Shown here in pieces: positions 49,788 to 59,419 of a stretch of 64,000 bases of DNA (within the stretch, counting starts at the first letter, position 1; each line of letters opens with the position of its first letter). The translations under genes were made by a program, and so were the position numbers. This stretch comes from a virus: positions 32,001 to 96,000 of IMG/VR virus record IMGVR_UViG_3300029787_000010. One strand, 5' to 3'. The notes beneath the pieces are model-generated. The model was not told where the DNA came from. It saw nothing but the letters and a program-made list of their open reading frames with translations, and did not search any database.

Positions 49788-51518
49788 TCAAAAACCGCCT
49801 GTATTCCGGCGTGCTTGCTCTACTGGTCCGGCTGGTGGACCACGCTGTTGAACGCTGCCAATCGGTGAGCCGGAGCCGGCTGTTTGGAATCGCTGAGGGC
49901 TGGCAGGACCACGGTTTCGCAAACCTCGGCCTTCGCCGCCGGGGTTCATGGCAGCCATACCCGCATTCGCCTGTCCTGCTAACGCCCCTGCCAGTTGCGG
50001 AGGAATGTTGCGAGACGGTAGTCCTCCGGGTTGCGTCATTGGCTGAGGCCCACCGGGCATACCGGGCATACCGGGTTGACCGGGTTGACCGGGTGGCATC
50101 TCCTGCTTCTTGTAGACGAAGCGAATGTCTCTACCGCCTTCTTCAACAAGTTCTGCTTGGTAGCCAAGTTGAGCCATGCGTTGAGCAATGTTGACTTCCA
50201 TTTCATCTCGTCGTAGACGAGTGACTTCGTCCTCTTCTTCGTTGGGGTACAGCGTGAGTTTCCAATCGTGCACATCCATTTCTTGCATCAAGCGAGGGAA
50301 CAGGTTCTCAGTGTAGACTTTGTGCCCTGCTTCTACAGCACGATTGGTCACGAGGATTTGCAGACCTTCGTTGTTGAGGCCACCGGACTTACCTGTGTCC
50401 ATCATGAAGACATTGGACACACCATAAAACGCAGCAATACGGGTTCGCATTTCATCACGCACCGAGATGTATTGCATTTCTTCAAGCGTGTCCATGAACT
50501 TGACCCAGTTGACTCCGCCACGGCCATTTTGACTTTCAACAGCAATTTTAGGGATGTAATGAGGGTCGCGCTCCATTTTTTCATCCACGCCTTTCCAAAA
50601 AGACTTCATGGATTCTACATTGTCTGTCGTAATTGAAATCAGCCCACGAGGCACACGGCGTTTTGAATAAGCCGTGTACATGTAATTATCCATGGCCGTG
50701 AGTGTCATGGCCTGTCGCCAAATGGTGGCTACAGGAGAGCGACCATAGAGTTTGGACGGATGGTACTTGCTAACATGGATGACTTCGCCTTCAATGTAAT
50801 ACTGTGATTTACCCGGACCACCTGTGTTGACATGGTGCACATCCTCCAACTCGTGTCCACAGATTTCACAATTGTTTTCTTTCTGCGTGTAGCCACGAAC
50901 TTGGTCACGATGGATTGGGCAGACTTTGTAGCGACCACCACGCACGCCACGCTTATCAGCAACAATGCGCATAAAAATGGGGTCGCCTCGCAAAATCTCC
51001 TTGACACGGTAGAATTGAATTTCGTTGGACTCCGGGTCCACATAATACTCCTTGACCAAAACAAGGAAAGCATCGTCAACAATGTTCAAATCAAACTCAA
51101 TTTCTCGTAAAACATCAATAAAGCGTTGCTCCATGCTGTTGCGCTGTTCAATCAGCCACTTGGGGTAGACGAGATTGTCGGGGTCGGGCTTCTCTAATTC
51201 AGTAGAGTCGCACTGCTTACACACATCTACATCGTGCTGATACTCCTTGTCACAGACCATGCACTTTCGGTGATACGCTTTTTCCCAATAGTAGCCCCGT
51301 CGGAAAATTTCCTGCTGGAGTGTGGTGATAACGGTTCTTAAAATGACATTTTCATGTGCAACAGAGTACAGAGCAGGGATGGTAATACCCTGCATGATAA
51401 CGGGTTCTTGAATACCCGTCGTCCACAAGGGCATTTGTGGCTCGGGAGTGCGTCGGCGACGGAAGCGGTCAGCCAACCCGCTAAGGGCTCTTGAAACTCT
51501 ACCTTTTTCTTCTGCCAT
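49788..51518 (-). CDS. Portal protein with two zinc-ribbon insertions and a P/G/Q/M-rich tail
   Basis: EVIHVSKY...LYGRSP, VPRGLI, IAAFYGVS portal motifs; CMVC..CKQC and CPIH..CEIC; TAATG coupling gives start 51518. Confidence 0.9.
   Translation of the reverse strand: MAEEKGRVSRALSGLADRFRRRRTPEPQMPLWTTGIQEPVIMQGITIPALYSVAHENVILRTVITTLQQEIFRRGYYWEKAYHRKCMVCDKEYQHDVDVCKQCDSTELEKPDPDNLVYPKWLIEQRNSMEQRFIDVLREIEFDLNIVDDAFLVLVKEYYVDPESNEIQFYRVKEILRGDPIFMRIVADKRGVRGGRYKVCPIHRDQVRGYTQKENNCEICGHELEDVHHVNTGGPGKSQYYIEGEVIHVSKYHPSKLYGRSPVATIWRQAMTLTAMDNYMYTAYSKRRVPRGLISITTDNVESMKSFWKGVDEKMERDPHYIPKIAVESQNGRGGVNWVKFMDTLEEMQYISVRDEMRTRIAAFYGVSNVFMMDTGKSGGLNNEGLQILVTNRAVEAGHKVYTENLFPRLMQEMDVHDWKLTLYPNEEEDEVTRLRRDEMEVNIAQRMAQLGYQAELVEEGGRDIRFVYKKQEMPPGQPGQPGMPGMPGGPQPMTQPGGLPSRNIPPQLAGALAGQANAGMAAMNPGGEGRGLRNRGPASPQRFQTAGSGSPIGSVQQRGPPAGPVEQARRNTGGF
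50052..50096. repeat. 9-nt tandem repeat x5 encoding PG(Q/M) in the portal C-terminal tail
   Basis: ACCGGG(CAT/TTG/TGG) units on the + strand. Confidence 0.85.
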
Positions 51519-52837
51519 TACAACACCTCTTTCCAACCCATTACCGTGTCTTTGTCAACTGTCCATTCTCCCATTTTCTTTGCCAGTGCATCGGGGTCGT
51601 CTTTCCAGTTTTCATGCTGAACAAACAACCGGAGTTGTTCTTTGAGAAGGGGGTCCTGTTCTTGTAGGCATCGGAGAGCGGCCTTAGCCTGCATGGACTT
51701 AAGTTGCAGGTGAGGAAGGATGCCTTCAAGCACTTTTTTGACATCGGATTTGGATTGGAAATTAACACGGTGAACGCTACGGTTGCTGGTTTTGCCTACA
51801 CGCTCGTTAAGGCTGAGCATACCACAGCCCAGTGTTTTCTGCAAGCGTTCACAATGAATTTTACCACGGTCGCCAGTAGCGATGGCAGAAGCACGAACTT
51901 CTCCACGCTTGGTGATGTAGATTGAGCCGTCTGCGTCAAAGAAACCAGCGGCATAGGCCCATGGGTCTTTGACGATAATGCCGTGCGAAGTCAACACAGC
52001 ATACTCGCCACGCCTTGGGGCCTTGATGATGTCAATCTCCTCACCGTACATTTTGAGAAGTTGTGAAACATTGGTGGCTCCTACACGACCATCTCCTTTG
52101 ACGATGATGTTGGAAGCGATGGCCCGTGCACTCATATGCCCTTTGTCCACCAGTTCTTGCTTTGCCATTTGCAGAACATTTTGCTGCTGCTTGGTCAAAC
52201 TATCAATTTGATGTAGACCGCTGCGCCACATTTTCTTAGCGTCTTGTCGCTGTTGCATAGCATTGACCCAAGCATTTCGCTCTTCGTCGCCCCACACATC
52301 CTCAAACTCGTCCAGCATTTTGAGTGTTTCGTCAGCCACTTCCCACATGTTACAAGCCCGGCGCAGCGTACTTTCACGGGACTTAGAAAACAAACGGAGT
52401 GATTTCAAGTTCCTATCGGTAAGTCCCAAGTTGCGTATGGTGCTGTGATGGTCCTTCGCCCAAGGGATGGACTCCAAAGTCTTCTGCACCTCTTCTGCTT
52501 TCATAGTGCGCACGCTTTCTATAGCCTTGTCAATCTCGTCACGCATGTCTTTCATGTGCCGACGAGCACGCTTGAAGTTCTTGACCACATCATCGGCATC
52601 CTTGCCAAAGTGACTGATGAACCAAGAGTCTCCGTTGACAGGAAACTCATGCATCTCCACAAAAATATCCGGCTCTTCTACACGAGGGAGGGCTTCCTTA
52701 GCGATGATGACAGCCGTAGACGGGTCCTGTTTGACCAGTGGATGATGAGAAAGCGTAGAAGCGACCATGTTGCCCAGTTCGTCCCCCAAGTCAACGAAGT
52801 TTTCGCCCACGCCGACCTTTAATGATGACCACATCAT
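51518..52837 (-). CDS. Helical domain + winged-HTH + single-motif LAGLIDADG endonuclease-like protein
   Basis: YAAGFFDADGSIYI...LGCG...ILPHLQLK. Preceded by wHTH-like MSARAIA...VSQLLKMY...GEYAV. Confidence 0.8.
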   Translation of the reverse strand: MMWSSLKVGVGENFVDLGDELGNMVASTLSHHPLVKQDPSTAVIIAKEALPRVEEPDIFVEMHEFPVNGDSWFISHFGKDADDVVKNFKRARRHMKDMRDEIDKAIESVRTMKAEEVQKTLESIPWAKDHHSTIRNLGLTDRNLKSLRLFSKSRESTLRRACNMWEVADETLKMLDEFEDVWGDEERNAWVNAMQQRQDAKKMWRSGLHQIDSLTKQQQNVLQMAKQELVDKGHMSARAIASNIIVKGDGRVGATNVSQLLKMYGEEIDIIKAPRRGEYAVLTSHGIIVKDPWAYAAGFFDADGSIYITKRGEVRASAIATGDRGKIHCERLQKTLGCGMLSLNERVGKTSNRSVHRVNFQSKSDVKKVLEGILPHLQLKSMQAKAALRCLQEQDPLLKEQLRLFVQHENWKDDPDALAKKMGEWTVDKDTVMGWKEVL

Positions 52838-52888
52838 GCCCCCTCCATTGTGTTGAGCGAGGCCATCTCTTTATGACACTTTAGGTCC

Positions 52889-54394
52889 CTAAGCGACAAA
52901 AATATCATCTCCTCCAAACCGAGGGTTGGGCATACTTGGTGCCCCCAAGAACCATTTATCAAAGCCGGGCAAGTCATCATCATCGTCCAGCAAAATAACG
53001 CTACCCTTGAACTCCTTGGTGCCCCAGTTGGCAAGAGCCACAGCCATGGCCAAGTCGTCGTGGCTACCTACAGACTCAAGGCGACCGTTCCGCTTCATAC
53101 CAAAGCGACTGAGTTGAGTTTCCAAAATCCTCGTGTACTCTTTGCTCTTCTCATCACCCCAAGGCGTTTTGAGTTGCCCCTGCTCAAGTGCCAAAAGCAA
53201 ACTCATGAACATGGACTCCTTTCGCTGACGGGTGGTCATGAAGGTCTTGATAGGAATATCATCTCGCATGTCCCGCAGTTCAGCCTCAAACATGCGTTGG
53301 AAGTTGTTGCCTTCCAATTCAATGAGGTCCGGCTGGAACCGATTGTTGAGGATGAGCATGCGCTTCTTCTGCGCCATACCCCCAAGTCCCTTTTCGTTGA
53401 CAACATGAATGATTTGTTTTGTACCGTCGCCCGGAACGATGCGAATCACCACCATGGCAGTATAGTCGGCGTTTTTATCCGAAGCAATGGCTGGGTCCCA
53501 GCCGATAAAGTGCTGTCCGAAGAGTCCGGTTTTTTCACCATTTTCATCATAGTCATGTTCGGCGTAGTCCATAATTTTGAGATTCGGGTCACGGGCACTC
53601 TCCAACAAACTCATCGGGAACATACTGGAAGTGTCGTGAATTGGTTCGCACAAGTATTCACGAGCGAACCGAATGGCAGGCATGGAGGACTCACGCATTT
53701 TGAGGGCGTCCAAGTCCCATCGCTCCGGCCACAATGCTTCGCCTTTGTCGTTGATGGCAGGATATGTCTCTACCATGAAAGTGTCTTTTTCTTCTAACTC
53801 GGCGTACAAGTCGTCATAAGAAAACGGAGTGCCGACCATCATCATACGCCCCGTGTGGTGCAACACAGGAAGAAGAACGGTGTAAAACCAGTCAGCAGCA
53901 CGCTGCAACTCACCCGTGGTCGTTCCCCACAGAATGTCATCGCACACCACAACATCGGGGTGGAACCCACGGGTAGCACCACCGACCGACTTCGCCATGA
54001 TACGGCTGCCGTTGGTGAACTCAAAGTAGGATTTAGCCCACGGCTTACCAGTAGGTTTGAGATGCTTAAGCAAATCCGTGCCCTCAATGTTACTGCGAAT
54101 AAAGCGCATGTGCTCAAGCGTCTGCTCAAGACTGTGACTGAACACCATGATGTGTGTACCGGGCTGGAAGGCCCCAATCCACAAAGCGTAAGACATGAAG
54201 AACACGGACTTACCGTGGTCACGAGACGCCTTCACGCAGTAGTATTTGTTTTCATTCAGCCCTTTCTCCCAGCAGCCGTGGTGGTAGGAGTAGTCAAACC
54301 CCAAAATCTCGTGAAAAAAATACTTGAAACTCTTCTTGCACATCTCAGTGTCCACTTGATGAACGAGGTCTTTGATGGCAGGATTGTCGCTCAA
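52889..54394 (-). CDS. terL: Terminase large subunit
   Basis: Walker A ASRDHGKS, Walker B VVCDD, VGTP, REYLCE, nuclease GWDPA...DYTA...HDDLAMA. Confidence 0.95.
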   Translation of the reverse strand: MSDNPAIKDLVHQVDTEMCKKSFKYFFHEILGFDYSYHHGCWEKGLNENKYYCVKASRDHGKSVFFMSYALWIGAFQPGTHIMVFSHSLEQTLEHMRFIRSNIEGTDLLKHLKPTGKPWAKSYFEFTNGSRIMAKSVGGATRGFHPDVVVCDDILWGTTTGELQRAADWFYTVLLPVLHHTGRMMMVGTPFSYDDLYAELEEKDTFMVETYPAINDKGEALWPERWDLDALKMRESSMPAIRFAREYLCEPIHDTSSMFPMSLLESARDPNLKIMDYAEHDYDENGEKTGLFGQHFIGWDPAIASDKNADYTAMVVIRIVPGDGTKQIIHVVNEKGLGGMAQKKRMLILNNRFQPDLIELEGNNFQRMFEAELRDMRDDIPIKTFMTTRQRKESMFMSLLLALEQGQLKTPWGDEKSKEYTRILETQLSRFGMKRNGRLESVGSHDDLAMAVALANWGTKEFKGSVILLDDDDDLPGFDKWFLGAPSMPNPRFGGDDIFVA

Positions 54395-55395
54395 CCCTGC
54401 CCACCGCCCATATTGTCAATCGTGCGACGCTGCTGCAAGGCTTGTCCAAAAATACGCGAGTCGCTGGGCGGCTCCTCTTCTTCTTCGGCCACCTGTTGCC
54501 CAAGTTGCGCAGCCAAGTTTGTGTCTTGTGTGGTATGGTTGGCATGGTTCGGGTCAATTTGTTCACCTGCCTGCAAAACCGCTCCGGGACCCGGAGCCGT
54601 CTGCAACGGCCGAACTGGCTGAGGTAGTTGAGCCATTTGTGCGTTGGGGAACTGCTGGCCCAAAGACGGGCCTTCCCTTCGGTTATAGGTAGTGGCTCTA
54701 ATTTGGTCGCTGGTAGCAACAAGAACTTGTCGGAGAGCGTCCAAATTACCTGTTTCTGCAAAGCCTTGGAGGGTGGGGGCTATTTGGTTGATTTGTTCCG
54801 GAGTTGCCCCTTGATTCAACAAGTCACTGATTGCTCGCGCTGCGGCAGGGTGCTGTTTTGCGGCTTGCTTTTGTGAACGCAGTCGCTCTCTACCAAGAGT
54901 AGTGCCCAATTTTCTATCTGCTGCCATTTTACCCTTTTGCTGAGCAGCCGAGCCGGCTTGTGCTAAACGCTCATCCTCGTCAGCCAACATAGCAGCGTTG
55001 CGAGTGCGGACACTTATTGGATTGATGCGACTGGTTTCAAATCGCTGCCGACCTTCTTCTTGAGCCTGTGCCGCAAGGCGGTCTTCTCGCTCCTTCAATT
55101 GTGCACGCCGTGCTCGGGAAACAGTTTTACCAGCAAGGCCACGACCAACATCTGCCCCCTGCATCCCACCTGCATAGGCGCTGCCAAGCAAACTGCTGAT
55201 ATTGCGATGCTTTCCCGTTACTGCTCCTGCAATACCGACGAATCTTCCTAAACCGGCTCCCAGTTTTTCTCGCAAAGAAAGCGGGGCACGAGCACTACCC
55301 CTGTTCCCGCCACCCACATCCATCACATAGGACATTTTGCCACTGCTGTCAATTTGTGGTTTCAACGCTTTTTGAACAAGGACTTTCTTCATCAA
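54391..55395 (-). CDS. Hypothetical A/Q/R-rich protein with glycine-zipper-like segment
   Basis: LGAGLGRFVGIAGAVTG...AGGMQGADVGRGLAG; coupled to its neighbours. Confidence 0.65.
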   Translation of the reverse strand: MMKKVLVQKALKPQIDSSGKMSYVMDVGGGNRGSARAPLSLREKLGAGLGRFVGIAGAVTGKHRNISSLLGSAYAGGMQGADVGRGLAGKTVSRARRAQLKEREDRLAAQAQEEGRQRFETSRINPISVRTRNAAMLADEDERLAQAGSAAQQKGKMAADRKLGTTLGRERLRSQKQAAKQHPAAARAISDLLNQGATPEQINQIAPTLQGFAETGNLDALRQVLVATSDQIRATTYNRREGPSLGQQFPNAQMAQLPQPVRPLQTAPGPGAVLQAGEQIDPNHANHTTQDTNLAAQLGQQVAEEEEEPPSDSRIFGQALQQRRTIDNMGGGQG

Positions 55396-57605
55396 ACGCC
55401 ACCCCCAAAGGTGACCTTGACCGCCTTGACGATTTCGGGACCGACATTCCAGTCGTTTGCTACACGGTGCCAGTCGCCGTGCGAGTGGTAGATACCGTGA
55501 ACATCCATCACGCTGATGCCGAGTGATTTGGCTACAACACTGACATCGTCAGCCTTGGTGATTCGGGACCGGTATTGAGCCAGTGATTTAACCACGGTGT
55601 CTTGACTTGCTTCTTTGAATTGAATACGCTCCATGGTCTTGAGCAGGTCGCTAACCGTGCGCTCTTCGGAAGTGATGATGCTGCCGTCGTCCAGTCGTTG
55701 TTGCCGAGATACCCTTTGAGTGCCTTCAAAGTCTTGAAAGGACGGTTGGGGTAAGTTCGCAGAAGCCCGTGATACTCCCGGTGTGAGGTTCGTCAATTGA
55801 GCGCGGGCCGCTTCAATCTCTTCCATGCGAGTGGGCGCAGCAGCGTCCCCCATGGCTTGCCGATGCAGTTCCGGACTATCTGCATTGTTATCAAGCATGT
55901 TTCGTGTGACTTCATGTGCTTGGTCAGCCGTTGGCGAAACACCTTGGGGTATGCCGTGCACATGGCCAGCCCAATGGTCGGGCACAGACGAGTGAATAGC
56001 GTGGTGAGGGTGGTCTTTGTGGGCCTCGGGGAGTTTACCAGTGACTTGGGACCTTTGTCCTCTATGGTCGTCGGTATTACGAAACGCATTGGCGAATTGG
56101 AGGTATGCGTCGTGGTTTGCCTCATCATAAGCATGGTCTTTGTGGTCGTAGTCTGCGTTGCGAAAATTATCAAGTGCCTGCGCCCAAGCGTCCTGTTGGC
56201 TCTCCACTTGCCCCGATGCAACAAGGTTAAGTGAATGCATCCAAGGAATAGCGTACAAATCACGAGAACGATTAAGACCCTTATTCTTTGATGGGCCTTT
56301 GCGAGTTGCGATAGAGTCCCGAACCCGTTTGTACATGGGAGAATCCATGTCCACACCAAGTGATGCAGCAACCCCTCTCAAAATGGCCGGTGCCCGTGAG
56401 TTATCGTTTACTTGGTGTCCCGTCCCACCAATCAAGAATTGTGAAATGGGCATGGATGCGTATTGCCTGTACTTTTCTATGTCTTCCGGTTTAATTTCTA
56501 CCCCAATGTTACGAAGTTCTTGCATAATTTCGTTAGTACGAGATGCGATTTCAGCCGAATTTTCAACTTGGGCTCGCTTTTTACCACCCATTTTTCGTGT
56601 TGGTGTAGCGAACAGTGCTTTAGGAGCGAACTGCGCTACATCCAGCGGGTGGTAATTCTCAATGACTTTCCCCGACTTGTGTCCGGGAATCATACCGCTT
56701 CCATCTTCGCCAAAATGCTTCTTTGCTTCGGGCCCACTGAGTGCTTTGACTCGTCCAAAGGTCATGTTGTCAAGGCGAACTTTGGAGCCTCCAAGGTAAT
56801 GAAATCTGTCCTTGGGTGGCAACTCAACCCCTAATTGCTCTCGGTACATATTACGAAGACTTTCGTACAGTTCTGCTGTTGAATCATACATTGGATGCAC
56901 GCCACCGTCAATGAACATCCCTTTGTCAGCACCTTCCAAGTCATGCAAGTTCCCCATGTTTGCGGAGTAATTAGTTGGGCGACCGTCTTCGGTCCCGACT
57001 TGCCTTTGGCTGCGAACACTGTTCCCGTCAAAAGGTCCCGATGTGTTTAGTCGCCACAGCACGCTATTTACATCGGGTAACTTTTGCCCGGTTTTGTTGT
57101 GATTGTCAATGGCCCCTTGAAATAATTGCTTAACAAGGTCCATGTTCCAAATTGGAATGTTGTGTTCTTCTCCAAATCCGGGGTTGCGAGCATCCGGGTT
57201 GATACCCTCTTTGATAAGGTGACTCCGTATTACAGAATGCATGTGCCCCATCATGTAGTCAAGCGGGTGAGAACTTTCGGGCTCGGTTACACCATTGCGA
57301 GTGCGATGAAGAAGGCGACCTGTTTTGAAGTCGTGACCAAACGGCGGGTGGTGGGCTCGCACGCCCTCGGGCCCTTCAAACTGGTCGTACCAACCAATGT
57401 CTTCGGGTGGATTGAATACTTCTTTGGGTGACCAGTGGCGAATCGGATGCGTCTCATCCTCACCGATGTGATACAGACCGTAGGATTTGCGAAGCACCAT
57501 CTGCTGCTTCATGATGTTCCATGTGCGGTGAAGCGTGTCTACGATGTCAAACCTGCCACGGCTCTCGGCCAGCGAGTCCGACGAGTAGTGAACACGAAAC
57601 ATCAA
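55392..57605 (-). CDS. Hypothetical protein (737 aa)
   Basis: Long ORF overlapping both neighbours by 4 nt; no recognised domain. Confidence 0.7.
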   Translation of the reverse strand: MMFRVHYSSDSLAESRGRFDIVDTLHRTWNIMKQQMVLRKSYGLYHIGEDETHPIRHWSPKEVFNPPEDIGWYDQFEGPEGVRAHHPPFGHDFKTGRLLHRTRNGVTEPESSHPLDYMMGHMHSVIRSHLIKEGINPDARNPGFGEEHNIPIWNMDLVKQLFQGAIDNHNKTGQKLPDVNSVLWRLNTSGPFDGNSVRSQRQVGTEDGRPTNYSANMGNLHDLEGADKGMFIDGGVHPMYDSTAELYESLRNMYREQLGVELPPKDRFHYLGGSKVRLDNMTFGRVKALSGPEAKKHFGEDGSGMIPGHKSGKVIENYHPLDVAQFAPKALFATPTRKMGGKKRAQVENSAEIASRTNEIMQELRNIGVEIKPEDIEKYRQYASMPISQFLIGGTGHQVNDNSRAPAILRGVAASLGVDMDSPMYKRVRDSIATRKGPSKNKGLNRSRDLYAIPWMHSLNLVASGQVESQQDAWAQALDNFRNADYDHKDHAYDEANHDAYLQFANAFRNTDDHRGQRSQVTGKLPEAHKDHPHHAIHSSVPDHWAGHVHGIPQGVSPTADQAHEVTRNMLDNNADSPELHRQAMGDAAAPTRMEEIEAARAQLTNLTPGVSRASANLPQPSFQDFEGTQRVSRQQRLDDGSIITSEERTVSDLLKTMERIQFKEASQDTVVKSLAQYRSRITKADDVSVVAKSLGISVMDVHGIYHSHGDWHRVANDWNVGPEIVKAVKVTFGGGV

Positions 57606-58654
57606 GCCGTCCTCCCGCTACCCCTGCTCACAAAGTGGTGACCGGAGGCACCGGCAGAACGGAACTCATCAGCCTCTTTGTTGTCAGTGCCCCCTTGAGG
57701 CTGAGTGGTTTCACCATCACGGTGCCCAGCCTCACCTTCTTTGGAGGTACCCTTGCCGGACGGCGGTGCTTTCTTGGCTGACTCCTTGCGAGCGATGGCT
57801 CGCTTCAAGTCTCGCAAAATGTTGCGCAATTGGCTGAGGTGAAGGTAGCCCGAAGCCGACTTAACGAGCATCTGCATCTCTTGAAGTTCGGACTTCATGG
57901 TCATGGGCTTGAACTTTGTACGGCGTTCGGGGTTGTGCCCTTGATAGGGCAAGGAAATGTTACCGCGATTGGCCTGCATGGCTCGGGTACCGAGACTTTG
58001 GCGGTATTTGTCGGGAAACAAACGCAGAGGCTGCTTAGTATCAAGTCCAAGGTGGGACATCTCAACGGCTTTATCAGCATTAACCATGCCACCCTGTTCA
58101 GTACGAGGACTGAGTGTACGGGACTGTCGCTTGGCACGCATGGATGTTGCTTGCTTTTGACGAGAGCGGCCACCGGGGGGAGCCTTGAACTGCTGGGTGG
58201 AGAAGTCGCCGTCTCGCTTGAGCAGTTGGAAAGCGATGTCCATCGGCTCACCGGCCATGACAGTTTGCTGACCGTATGGACTAAGTGCCTGTGCACCAAA
58301 ACTGATGCTGGCTTCGGGAGAACCAGTGCCCGGCGAGCCAGTGAGGGCACTGAGTTCATTCTGTTGAGCCATAGGCGTTTCTTCCATCATGTCCTCTTCC
58401 GGCTCGTCCATCGGCATAGGAGTGGGCATACCCATGTCGGGTTCTTCCGATTCAATGTTGAACTTGAGATGGGGCAGTTCACGCGTCTTAACACGCTCCT
58501 CCTTCTCCTTCATTTTTTTGTCCTTCATTTGGTCCTCATGTTCAGGTGAACCCTTACCGTGCCGGTAGTCTTCGCCGTCCGAATAAAGGTGGTCCGAATC
58601 GGACCGGGGGGAATACATGCGGGTGTCAGTACCGGTACCCATGCTACTGGTCAT
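57602..58654 (-). CDS. Hypothetical low-complexity protein (350 aa)
   Basis: Coupled ORF; contains GEPMDIAFQLLK. Confidence 0.7.
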   Translation of the reverse strand: MTSSMGTGTDTRMYSPRSDSDHLYSDGEDYRHGKGSPEHEDQMKDKKMKEKEERVKTRELPHLKFNIESEEPDMGMPTPMPMDEPEEDMMEETPMAQQNELSALTGSPGTGSPEASISFGAQALSPYGQQTVMAGEPMDIAFQLLKRDGDFSTQQFKAPPGGRSRQKQATSMRAKRQSRTLSPRTEQGGMVNADKAVEMSHLGLDTKQPLRLFPDKYRQSLGTRAMQANRGNISLPYQGHNPERRTKFKPMTMKSELQEMQMLVKSASGYLHLSQLRNILRDLKRAIARKESAKKAPPSGKGTSKEGEAGHRDGETTQPQGGTDNKEADEFRSAGASGHHFVSRGSGRTA

Positions 58655-59361
58655 GCGCTACCCTCCTGTTCTAACAAGCCGCTGATGTCAATTTCGTCGC
58701 CTTCCTGTGTGAGCAAGGCTTCTTTGACGCGCTTCCAAGTATCGGGACTCTCCTTTGCCATTTCAACTTTGAGGATGTTGATGGTGTTTGCCACCATTTT
58801 CTCCTCGGGCTCAACCCACGCCTTTTGAAATGTGGTTAAGTCTTTGATGGACTCACGAATCTCTTTGCTTAACCTCACCATATCCGAAACAGCCCCATCA
58901 TCGTGGATGCTGACCTCGTCCATGTAGCGAGACAATTTCTCATTGAGGCGTTCAGTGTTGTGTCGCAAGATGTCAGCCTCTTGACCTACTTTGATGGACA
59001 CGATGGCTGATGCACTTTGCTTGACGATGGGCTGGAAATGTTCTTTCATGTGCTTGTAAACAGTAGCCTCACTGCAATTCAACTCTTGAGCAATCTCTTC
59101 GGTGGTCATACCTTCGTCAAAGTAAGCGACTTCGTACATACTTCGGTGGTCGTCCGTGCATATCACGCAGCGGTAGTTGGAACCTTCCAAGTTTTCACCA
59201 GCATGATTCCGCATGTGGCGCTCAGCCGTGTTGGCTCGCCACCCTTTGTCCCGGTCCATGGTGCGCACATCAGCGGTACCTTGAGCAAGATTCATCTCAA
59301 GTTCGTCACGGTCGGGGTCTTGGCAGAAAGGGCAAGAACGCTTGCTTTGCCTAACTCCCAT
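58651..59361 (-). CDS. Candidate terminase small subunit (two Cys2His2/HTH repeats + coiled coil)
   Basis: CPFC..R...HMRNH and CVIC..R...HMKEH repeats; TTEEIAQELNCSEATVYKH HTH; first gene of the unit leading to TerL. Confidence 0.55.
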   Translation of the reverse strand: MGVRQSKRSCPFCQDPDRDELEMNLAQGTADVRTMDRDKGWRANTAERHMRNHAGENLEGSNYRCVICTDDHRSMYEVAYFDEGMTTEEIAQELNCSEATVYKHMKEHFQPIVKQSASAIVSIKVGQEADILRHNTERLNEKLSRYMDEVSIHDDGAVSDMVRLSKEIRESIKDLTTFQKAWVEPEEKMVANTINILKVEMAKESPDTWKRVKEALLTQEGDEIDISGLLEQEGSA

Positions 59362-59390
59362 GCGTGGTCCATGCTACGCCCAACGATAAG

Positions 59391-59398
59391 CCTTTAGG
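59391..59398. promoter_or_regulatory. Divergent promoter region with near-palindromic CCTTTAGG
   Basis: Lies in the 58-nt gap between divergent ATGs at 59361 (-) and 59420 (+). Confidence 0.4.
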
Positions 59399-59419
59399 AA
59401 AGAGCAGTGAGGAAACACT

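Noticed and set aside
51518-54394. Intein or group I intron in terminase/portal carrying the LAGLIDADG domain
   Set aside because: TerL and portal are each complete and uninterrupted; the LAGLIDADG ORF is free-standing with no splice-junction motifs.
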